Virus record (IMG/VR): IMGVR_UViG_3300028591_000095
Location: 102,641-166,640 of that record
DNA length: 64,000 nucleotides
From: a virus
Taxonomy: Duplodnaviria; Caudoviricetes
Reading direction: 5' to 3' (one strand)
Below the pieces are notes generated by a model, which was not told where the DNA came from, made no database searches, and saw only the letters and a program-made list of their open reading frames with translations. Position 1 is the stretch's first letter, and the number at the start of each line of letters is the position of its first letter. Shown here in pieces: positions 9,945-20,300 of this stretch. The position numbers and the translations under genes are program-made.

Positions 9945-9950
9945 AATTGA

Positions 9951-9973
9951 TTCCCGGGCTTAACGCCCGGGAA
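9951..9973. terminator. Hairpin between convergent genes
   Basis: TTCCCGGGC-TTAAC-GCCCGGGAA. Confidence 0.75.
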
Positions 9974-9978
9974 CATCA

Positions 9979-11271
9979 TTATTCTTTCATCAACAATACT
10001 TTTTTGATTATATAGATTACCATCGGAGTGTACAGATATATTTCTCTCAATGATGTAATCCCATTATCAAATAACTGATCTCCAGTGTACAATGACAGAT
10101 CATGGATAGAACGTAATCTTCCATGTATGAAATCATGTATGAGTTGGATGTAAGTATAACGTTGACACTTGTAATGTTGACAGCAGTCGAATCGACATTC
10201 ACAACAATTGCATTCACATTTCTTTGTACACTTACAGTCATAATCTCCAGCAAGAATCCTAGCAATCTCATCTGAGAAATATGTATCACAATATGGAGAT
10301 GCACACCATGGATCATTTGGAATCATTACATGGATATCATTGTCACCGTATCTCGGGAATGATGAATTGACAAAGTTGTATGAATCCATTATATGATATT
10401 TGAAAGTATCCAGATAACGTATTGGAGCATCACGCTCAATCCATTTGAATGGAGATTTCTCATATAAGAAATTCATATCATGCATGTTGAGTTTGTCTTT
10501 GTTCAGTACAAGATTACCATATCGATTATCATCAATAAGTAATCCATGTTTAGCCATGAACATATTACCAGATGGATCGAATAAAGCTTCACCATTAACT
10601 CTACAGATCAAACAGTTATGTCTTGGGTCATAGAACTTGGAGACATAATTATCAACCATATCATTTACCATCTGAATCAATCTTGATCTGTATTCGTAGT
10701 CTTGCTTACCAATGACTGGAGTTAAATCATGACCACCGATTGTCTGAAGATCTGTTTTGAATTCACTGACAGTTTGTCTGTAAACCCATTCGATTTCATT
10801 TGGATTTGTTGAGAATAATTGATATGATATTTTATATGATCCATCTGTATTGAGACCGTCCTGACCAACTTGAGTAACTCTGAACAAATGATTCATGTTT
10901 ACTTGTCTGATTACAAAGAAATCATTTTCTTTTGGTTGGATGGTTCCTGGAATGATGTACGCTTCACCCGGTAGTTCATAGTTTCGAACCGTTGTTGTTG
11001 ATGTTTGTGTGTCTTGTGGTTGTAATGGTGAGAATCCAAGTAATGGAAAATCATCAATTCTGTTGAATCTAAATGGTGAATCGTTACCAAGGATTTGATA
11101 TACATCATTCAAACCAAATGAACTTGTTGATCGATCGTCATTGATATTGAAGTATGTGACAATCGTACGACCATCACCAGTGTACTTATTTACTCTGGAA
11201 TGCATCACTTCATCATATTTATACAATTGACCATCAATGGTTGAACGTTCATCAAATATTATGTTGCCCAT
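9979..11271 (-). CDS. Putative virion structural protein with a Cys-rich patch
   Basis: GEAYIIPGTIQPKENDFFVI resembles jumbo-phage virion proteins; DCKCTKKCECNCCECRFDCCQHYKC. Confidence 0.5.
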   Translation of the reverse strand: MGNIIFDERSTIDGQLYKYDEVMHSRVNKYTGDGRTIVTYFNINDDRSTSSFGLNDVYQILGNDSPFRFNRIDDFPLLGFSPLQPQDTQTSTTTVRNYELPGEAYIIPGTIQPKENDFFVIRQVNMNHLFRVTQVGQDGLNTDGSYKISYQLFSTNPNEIEWVYRQTVSEFKTDLQTIGGHDLTPVIGKQDYEYRSRLIQMVNDMVDNYVSKFYDPRHNCLICRVNGEALFDPSGNMFMAKHGLLIDDNRYGNLVLNKDKLNMHDMNFLYEKSPFKWIERDAPIRYLDTFKYHIMDSYNFVNSSFPRYGDNDIHVMIPNDPWCASPYCDTYFSDEIARILAGDYDCKCTKKCECNCCECRFDCCQHYKCQRYTYIQLIHDFIHGRLRSIHDLSLYTGDQLFDNGITSLREIYLYTPMVIYIIKKVLLMKE

Positions 11272-11342
11272 ACAGACACTCCTTTCATGTTGTAATTTTA
11301 TCGTTGGGTTTATACTATTATAGTATACCCTATTATTTAATT

Positions 11343-11361
11343 ATTCCATATATATATTATT
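11343..11361 (+). promoter_or_regulatory. Putative phage early promoter, copy 2
   Basis: ATTCCATATATATATTATT upstream of the MYG1 gene. Confidence 0.75.
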
Positions 11362-11438
11362 CTTATGAATAGAGAAACGATTCAAATGTTTTTATAATCC
11401 GAAATTTTTAAATTCTCTATTCGGAAAGGAGGTCAGCT

Positions 11439-12266
11439 ATGACCATAAAGCAGTTGGTAGACAACGGGAATATTCCTTGGGTCATGAATATTCCTGACCA
11501 CATCACGAAGGTTGTCGTGCATGATGGAACTTTCCATGCAGACGACGTATTCTGTGTGGCGATTCTGAAAGAGTGTTTCAAAGAGGATATTACGGTCAGA
11601 AGAATTCCTCGAAACGCAGACATTGAGAAGTATGGCTACGATACTCTCATATGTGATATTGGTGGTGAATATGATGGTATGAATTACTTTGACCATCATC
11701 AGTTTCCGGCTAGGTCACTCAGAAAGCAGGAACTCCGTGCTGCAATCGGTTTACTCTGGGATGTCTATGGAAATCAGATGTACCATAAGACTACGTCGAT
11801 GATCAGAGATATCGACAGACATGATTGTGACTCAAGGCAGTTCAGATCTCAGTTAGCTGTAACAATCGGTTCATTCAATCCTGATTGGACAGCATCAGAC
11901 AAAGAGCGCGACAGGTGTTTTGATATGGCTGTTAATGTAGTAAGACAGCTAATCAGAGCATCTATCATCTCAGATACTTTCAATATGAGAGCAATCAGAC
12001 AGGTATCTGAGAATCATACAATTGAAAACAATGTAATGTTCCTGGAGACAAATGCTCCGTATGAATCATTCATATCGGACTACGAGGAGGTGAAAGTCGT
12101 AGCAAGAAAATCCGGTAACCGTTACAAACTCAAAGCAGTGAATGGTTACTCATTCTCACCAACTTGGAGTGGAGATCCACCATTCCCGAATATGCTAATG
12201 AAGCATTGGATAATAGATTGCGGATCTAAAGAAACAGCAATCAAAATCGCAGCTTTACTTAAATAA
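11439..12266 (+). CDS. MYG1-family (DHH-like) nuclease/hydrolase
   Basis: HDGTFHADDVF, DIGGEYD..YFDHHQ, AAIGLLW, IDRHD. Confidence 0.85.
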   Translation: MTIKQLVDNGNIPWVMNIPDHITKVVVHDGTFHADDVFCVAILKECFKEDITVRRIPRNADIEKYGYDTLICDIGGEYDGMNYFDHHQFPARSLRKQELRAAIGLLWDVYGNQMYHKTTSMIRDIDRHDCDSRQFRSQLAVTIGSFNPDWTASDKERDRCFDMAVNVVRQLIRASIISDTFNMRAIRQVSENHTIENNVMFLETNAPYESFISDYEEVKVVARKSGNRYKLKAVNGYSFSPTWSGDPPFPNMLMKHWIIDCGSKETAIKIAALLK

Positions 12267-12284
12267 TGAAAGGTAGGAAAATTT

Positions 12285-13058
12285 ATGAAAGTAAGATCTT
12301 TAAGTACTGATGACCTTAGAAAAGTTTGTAAGACACTCGTTGAAACAGACGGGGATGTCATAGTTACTGCACAGACTCACGGTTTACCACCGGAGTTTGT
12401 AAAGAAGATAAAAAAGGGTGAGTATCTTCCGAGCGTCACAAGCTCGTTCTTCTCACCTGATAGATGGAGAGATCCGGTTCCCGGTTGCACAGAACCTGAT
12501 CCGGTTCAGCTCACCATCGATGAAGAACCCAAGGAGGAAAAAGAAATGTCAGTACCAACAAAAATCAACAGGAGACAAGGAACTCCTGAAGCAACCGTCA
12601 GACGTATCTGTGAAAGATTATGCGAAGGAACACATCTCAACAAAGAGATCGCTAAGGAAGTTGGTGTCTCCGAGAATGTGGTCTCACTGATAAAAATAAA
12701 GAAGAGATACACAGATATCTCTGATAAATATTTCACGTACATCAATGACCATCAGTACAAAGTTCTGAAAACTGGTAAGATCGTTGATATTAATGCAAGA
12801 TCATTGGCATTGATGAAAAAGACCCCACCGACTACTGTTGAAGTTAAGAAGAATGAGACCAAAACAACAGTATCAGCAACAGTCAAAACTTCAGACGAAA
12901 ACGATATCATTCAGGAGATAATCAATCTTGCAACAAAGGTTGTAGGCTCCAAGAAGATATCAGAACTCCCTGAACACATTCAGACAAAGGTGCTTGAAGT
13001 TATTAAGAGTGACATTGAGAATATGTCTCTCAAAGAAATAAAGGAGCTCTGTCAGTAA
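12285..13058 (+). CDS. HTH DNA-binding protein with two HTH-like units
   Basis: VRRICERL...NKEIAKEVGVSENVVSLIK and a similar N-terminal unit. Confidence 0.6.
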   Translation: MKVRSLSTDDLRKVCKTLVETDGDVIVTAQTHGLPPEFVKKIKKGEYLPSVTSSFFSPDRWRDPVPGCTEPDPVQLTIDEEPKEEKEMSVPTKINRRQGTPEATVRRICERLCEGTHLNKEIAKEVGVSENVVSLIKIKKRYTDISDKYFTYINDHQYKVLKTGKIVDINARSLALMKKTPPTTVEVKKNETKTTVSATVKTSDENDIIQEIINLATKVVGSKKISELPEHIQTKVLEVIKSDIENMSLKEIKELCQ

Positions 13059-14215
13059 TGTCAAATTATCAATACCAAAATCCTCTGGATGTGCTTGATG
13101 ATTATATCGATAAACTCACCAGAGGAATCATGCCAGCTGCAATAGATGAGATTACTGAAAAGGAAATCGAAATCAGAATGCGTGAGCTGGCAGCTGAGGT
13201 TGAAGATATTGACGATGCTGATGACGAGGAAATCAATGCTCTTATCTCCGATGCTAAAGAACTCAAAGCGAAAGTTCAGGAGACTAAGAGAAAAGCGACT
13301 CGTAAAGACATCGCTATCTTCACACTCAGTGAAGAAACCAAAGCAAAAATCAGAGAAGAAATGTCATCCTCATATGTCCGCAAGAAGCCATCAGTATATA
13401 ATACGGATGAGCGTACTGAGAAGGACAATAAGGAATACATGATTCTCAAAAAGAGAGCATCTAAAATCAGAAGATGTTACTATCATCCCGAGGATTGGAA
13501 AGCTGCTGTTGATACTTTGCTGGACATAGTAAAGTATGATAGAAAGAACTATCCATGGTTGACTGAAGATGCTTATTATCAGGCGTTCTGGAATGGAGAG
13601 ATCAAACTCAATTGTATCTGTCCGATTCTGTATATAGACTATCACACTCCTATCAAAGACCCACTGACATTATTGGGTATTTATAAGGGTGAGATAACTA
13701 TAGAAGAAGAACCGACATTCGATCCATCTGAGAGAGTTAAGCTCAAGGATGATACAATCTCGATGGTTAAGGTTCATAATTATACAGAAGCAGAAACCGA
13801 TTACATGCAGGACCTCGCATCAAGAGGTTTCGACACTCCGATGAACATAATCTTCAAAGATTCGCACAAGGATCTTTATGCAAGATTCATGCCTTCAACT
13901 AAGAAGAGTGTAGATCCGGAACGTTTGAAGAATTATCTATCATATTTGCAGATGGGCAGTCAAGTAAAAGACCATGACTTCAAACCTTTTGAAGAAGCTG
14001 ACATCATCAGTTATATTCATGCAATGAATCATGGTACTTTGAATACTGCTCTTAATTCTGCAACAACCAAATGGTTGACAGCAATCTCATCTCCTGTACA
14101 GAAGACACAGTTGGACATCGGTATTAAATCAACGGATGTTGTTGTAAATGCTGAAGCTGCAATGAGAGAAGCTGCTATAATGGCAAATATTAAAAGTTTA
14201 TCGTCGATGACATAA
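13058..14215 (+). CDS. Hypothetical protein
   Basis: 385-aa ORF, TAATG coupling to the upstream gene. Confidence 0.7.
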   Translation: MSNYQYQNPLDVLDDYIDKLTRGIMPAAIDEITEKEIEIRMRELAAEVEDIDDADDEEINALISDAKELKAKVQETKRKATRKDIAIFTLSEETKAKIREEMSSSYVRKKPSVYNTDERTEKDNKEYMILKKRASKIRRCYYHPEDWKAAVDTLLDIVKYDRKNYPWLTEDAYYQAFWNGEIKLNCICPILYIDYHTPIKDPLTLLGIYKGEITIEEEPTFDPSERVKLKDDTISMVKVHNYTEAETDYMQDLASRGFDTPMNIIFKDSHKDLYARFMPSTKKSVDPERLKNYLSYLQMGSQVKDHDFKPFEEADIISYIHAMNHGTLNTALNSATTKWLTAISSPVQKTQLDIGIKSTDVVVNAEAAMREAAIMANIKSLSSMT

Positions 14216-14293
14216 ATGTAATACTACTTGCCATAGTATAAATCCGATCCATGTCCAGATCGGGTATGTCAACCTTTCCGAAAAAAGCACAAA

Positions 14294-14317
14294 GATCCTC
14301 CCCATATGGGGAGGATC
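14294..14317. terminator. Bidirectional terminator hairpin
   Basis: GATCCTCCCC-ATAT-GGGGAGGATC between convergent genes. Confidence 0.8.
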
Positions 14318-14330
14318 CACTTGTGTGTTT

Positions 14331-17300
14331 TTAGTTCAGTTTTACTGGTTGTGAATACGCTGTTGTGCAAACGTATTTTTTCTTGTATTTGGAAATGTTA
14401 TCGAGAATGATCTCGGTTCCGCAATTGACAAATGGTATGATTTGGATTGTATTATCTACGTCAGAGATGTCAGCTGAATCTGAAGATGATATGTAAATTG
14501 TAAAGAATCCATCATACTGACCAGCAACTTTGATTCTGTAACAATCATTGTCAATATCGATTGAGTATTTGATTACAGGGATATTCAATATGTCAGATTT
14601 ATGATGTAATGGAATATATGGATTCACAACAGCTTCGTGTTTCCAAAGCTTGTCATACATTGCGAGAATCTTATTATTGTCAACCTCACGTAATCCAAGT
14701 TCTTTAACTGAGAGATTATACAGAGTAACACCATTGATACTTGGTTGATGTATGAATCTTCTGTAATCATTGGTATTATCTAAAATCAATCCGTCAAGAA
14801 TGTTAGCTTCGACATCATGATTGTTAGGATTTGAAATGACGTGTTTTGTATACTCGAACAAATCAGAGTGTTGGAGATTGTAGAACAGGTAGTCGATTCG
14901 TTGATCGATTATGTATCTATTGCTCAACATCATTTTCAGGAATGATTCGTATGTGTTTGTGTGGTAGTAGTTTCCATAAAGATCTATGTAAACATTACCA
15001 TGTGGGAGAATATCTGAATCAAACATATCATCAACCAATTCAACACATTCAAAGTTACGTAATGAATTGAGGTTACATAATTGGATAGATGTTGGTGATA
15101 TGATATGAAGTGATTTTGAATCATTGAGACATCTACCATTTACCCAGAATTCATATCTGTCTCGTGTCAAAGGTGTCGGGATATGTCCAGTCATATCAAT
15201 AATACCGTCAGATGGTATTGTATCCAATGAGTATCTGCAGATACCAACATATGGAGATTTGACTAACTCTATATTTGGATTAGTATCAGTATTGATTGCG
15301 AGTCTTCTGGTATGATCATTATGACGTGTATCTGATATTGGATAACGAACATGTTTCTTTGAGTTGTAGTAATACTTGTATGGATCATCTGGTAATGAGT
15401 TGTCTGGGTATAACCATTTAGATTGAAGATTATAGTATATATCTCTTATAATTAAATTATAGGGGAATCCTCCTTTAGATGGACACGATACAATGAATCG
15501 TTTTGGAATAATATGATACATTGGATTATTGAGTTTAACCCAGTTACCACATTTCAATTCATTATTCTCATTTTTTGTAACGGAGATTGTTATTAAACCA
15601 CCGCAACTTTTGTATGCTGAAGAAGATGATAAGATTGAACAGATGTAATCACCTTCATCAAGATGATCTGAGCTGCATCGTTTTACTGTGAATGATTGAT
15701 TATCTGAATCATCTCCTGATATAAGTTCAAATGTCAATGTAGAAAGATTTCCATTGAACATATCAGGTTCAACACATATTGCAGTCATTCTCGTACTTGT
15801 CTGATATGAATCAACTGGCACGTTTACTGTGCATTCATATGTATTGTAATCTGATGATTGTGTTGTCGTCACATCTTTGAATTTGAATGGAACATAGAAT
15901 TCAAATTCTGAATATGGACGATTGTTGATTGTGATGTCTTTGAATCTGTATACTGGATTCGAAGTATACTTACCATTTGGATCAGGTCTCTCAACTAAGA
16001 AACCTTCAAGAATATATGCTTTGTCGATATCATTTGGTAAATTATCTTCTGTGTACCTGTAATACTCGTATCCGTCAAAGTGTTTTCTTACATTAATCTC
16101 CGAATAGATATCTGCATCGATATGGTCATTGATTGATAAGAATGGTTTGAATCTGACGTTACATGTTGGAGGATTGAGTTCGATGTCAGTAAATATATCT
16201 GATTTATTGAATCCGACATATACTAACAATTTCTGAGTGATGTGTGCTGAGTGAAGTTGTACATCTATTGAATGGAGAACATTATTGGTTTCAAAATCAT
16301 TAGGATTGTCAAACTTAACACCATCAACGATTGTAGTTGATACAATATAATCAGATGGATCAATCCATTCATGATTCTGGTAATCATACATATACAATTC
16401 CAGTTTATCAGTATATGGAAGATCTGTTATACATTCAACAAAACTGTTTGTCACTTGACTTGCTCTACCATTATCGATATAAACTAATGCTGCATTATAT
16501 GAACCAATGTTATACCATGTCGATGGAGTCTCGAGATTTCTGATATATCGGTTCATACGTTCAACGTATTTAGCCCAATAATCAATCTTCAAATCATATT
16601 CATCTATGATATTCTTGAGACGTACTTTGTCATATATTGTAGTAGCTTGAGTGTATTCTTCGATTACACCAGCTTTATACATTTCCAAATCACGAGTTTT
16701 GTTTATTCCTATTTCCTTTTGAGCATTGAATGTTTCGATTTCATTATCCCAAACATCATGGTCATCAGGTTCACTTCTGAGTATTGGATATATCTCAGAT
16801 AATGTCATAGGATTCACATTGTGATTTATCATGTTGACTCTGAATGAATCATATATTGGTTCGGTTTGTTTTGTAGCCGGATTGATAAATCTGTCGTACA
16901 ACCATTCAGAGTTAGCTTGTATCATAGCATCGGTGTGAACTGATGATGCAGTTGCAATAAACTTAGTATGCATCTGACCACCATTTCCGAAGATTACATA
17001 TGGATCTCCGTATGCAGTGACAAGTTGTGCAATACCAATTCTATTGTAGAATAAGTAATCATGTTCAATTGTATCAATCAATGCTCCATCTATATACAAT
17101 GATACTAGTCTGACAGTTTGACCTGCAGATTCACCACGTTCAAATGTTAAACATGCAACATGATAATCATTTGCTGATATGGTTGAGATTATTGATTTGG
17201 TCCATGGATCTGAAACATCTGATCCACGTCCACCAAAGAACATGATGTTGTTATAGTTGGAGTCATCCTGATTATATACACCGAGCATAAATACTGGATC

Positions 17301-20300
17301 TTCCGGATATGTATCCTGCGAAGTACCAAGAATTGTTGCTGGTAATGCATAACCTGTTGATGGATCTGCTTGTACTGGAGTTCCATCAATTCGTTTGAAT
17401 ACAATGTAGATTGTTCTGTTATCCAATGATCCAGCTGTATCAGGACCACTCAACTGTATTTCGTTTGTATTGGTATGAATTTCAAGATTCATAATGACTT
17501 CATGTTCATCACCAATTGAATTCAATATAATCGGTAATGGATGATCATACTCAAAATCATACCATTGGGTTGGTGTAAGATAACGCAAGCAATCATAATA
17601 ATGATCAACGTTATCCATGTATGGCATTTGTGATATGTCGGTTTCGTATATCTGGAATTCACCAATATACTTGAATTGATATTGTTTGTGTTCATCATCA
17701 ATGAATCGATTGTCGATGTTGTCACCAATAAACCAATTCAATCTTGTGTAAACATAATTTGCATTATTCTGAACAAAGATTGGATCTCCAGGGAAATAGA
17801 ACATTTCCTCATACGGAATCTCACTGAGTTCTATTATATTATATGAACCCAACGATGTATCATTATATTCATTCAAGAAATTAGATACGTTATCAGGTAT
17901 AACATGACACTCAATATCATTAAACAGATAATCCTGAATCTTCAAAAGATCAGCTACTTCCAACCATTCACAATCATCAACTTTGGCTTCTAAGAAACCG
18001 TGACTTTGTGAATGATCAATTGATGTAACGATAACAGGGAATCTGTATTCATAATCAGCAGTCTCAAGATAAATCTTCTGACCAACTACGTATGGACCAT
18101 AGACTGAAGTTATTACATCATCATCCGTTGGAATATGTAAAACTTGAGATGGTTTGAAATACATTCTAGCTGATGTATGCTCACCGTAATTACCTACAGC
18201 ATATTCATTGATCATCTGATTTGGTGCATAGATTCTATCGATAGAACCCGGAAGTCTTGTGTTTCTGTTGAGAACCAGTTCAGATACATGTGAGAGTTGA
18301 TTGAATCTGTTTCCAATCAGTAACTCATAATGCATATCAGTGTATTTACGATTAACGATTTGACCATCTACAACATTGAATGTTTCATGAATATTCTGAA
18401 CATCAACCTTTGTGTTGTTCAATTCATTAAGTAATGAGATTGGATCTGCAATATCCGATGATGAACCAACTCTTGAGAATGTGATGTCTGCAGAAACGTA
18501 TGATGAACCTGATGCTGTTATTACTTCAACCTGAACATTATCAATTGGAGTACCATCGAAGAATGCATATTCACATACAGGATACAATGCTACGACTGTG
18601 TATGTTGTACCATCGTATTCATATTTAGGATACAGAATAATGTCAACGTCATTAACAACATCTCCAGTCACTGGATGTGTTGTATGAGCTCCAGCAGTAA
18701 GTGTGAACTTTGCGTATTTCGGTTCATCTCCAACCGTCTGTGGCTCGTAATCAACATTCATTCTGTACATATCGAAGATGTAATGCTGAATTATGTCATA
18801 AACGAAATTACGGAGTCTTATGAACTGTAATCTATATTCATTTATAAGTGATGCAAATGTTGATTCTAAGTTAGGAATACTCTGAGCAAGCGTCATTCTT
18901 ATATTTTCGAATGTACTCTGGTATTGTGTGAAACGAGGTTTATCATACAATGTATTATCAGATACATAATCCTCAATATTAGCAATCAACTCATAGTCAA
19001 TCTGCGAAGCCCATTCTTTGAATTCGAACAGGTTCATTGTTTGATTGATCTTCTTGAAATGTAAATACATCTTACGAACTCTCGGTTTTGCATAATCCTT
19101 AAATCCGTAATTGTAGTATACAGATTTGATGTCACTGTTGAATTCCTGAATGAATCTATAGATGGATACAATACGATTGTTGAAATCGATGTTGTTCACC
19201 ATATCATTAGTTATAGTCCACAAAGCATTTACAGTTTCATAGATTTTGTTGGTTTGTTCATAGAATGGTCCGAATACTAAACGAATCACTTGCTCTGTAT
19301 CTGGGTTCATATATTCAGGATACCGCAGTTTATTATCTGCTTTTACTTTGAGCTTGTAGATTCTGTCTTTCAATAATCCATAAAGTTTCATCTGATTGAA
19401 TGACGTCTCATAGTTTGTCATGAAGTCTGACATATAATCATGAACTGTCGACATGTACTCTGTAAGAAGCTGACACGCTTTGATATCATCATGATATGAA
19501 TTCTTTACAGCTCCAGCTGTGGTTATATCGGGATACTGAACATATTTAGATCCATCAATTTCATTTTCTTTTATCAATGGATATCTAACAAAGTTTCCAT
19601 AGCTGTTGAACACATAGCGATATGGAGTATTGACTATTGCTGAACCTTGTACGACGAATGGAAGTTGATGATATACACCGGATTCAAGTTCACCACTTAC
19701 AGTATTCGGAGCTGTGTAGAAATATGAATAGTTAACACTGGATTCATCATTTCTATTCAATACTGAAGTTATATCGATATCAATATATCTTTCAGAATGA
19801 TGATCATGTGTCAATCTATAAAGGAAATACGATAAGAAGTTATCGTTATTATTATAGAAAAGATTGATTGTGTAGAATAGATAGTTGATTGTGAATGGTG
19901 ATTCCAAAGAATCTTCATCTGGAGTTCCAAGTGTTGTCACACCAGACAATTCATAGTTGATATCAGACGGATATTGCTTCAACAGTTCATCATCAATTCG
20001 ATGTTTCAACATCTTCGACATTACATTGACACATGTTGTACCATCGTAATCATCAAACAAAACTTCACTGATTTTCAACAGTTTATTTTCAGCACTCCAA
20101 TATCTGATATATCCTTGATGCTTGTGAATCTCTGTACAGAACTTATCAAAGTCGAATACAGTTTCACCAGTCATTGGTTCAACGTTAGGTTCACCAGCGG
20201 CTTCGGTATCAGTATATAATACGAAGAATTTGAATATCTCATCACCTTTGAGATTTGTATCAATATAGAATGAATTCTGAATTCCGTTGAAATGTTTAAT

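Noticed and set aside
14190-14285. Minus-strand SD-hairpin-ATG micro-ORF or sigma70 promoter (TTGACA...TATACT)
   Set aside because: -35/-10 spacing is far too long; the ORF is tiny, lies beyond a terminator and is antisense to a real gene
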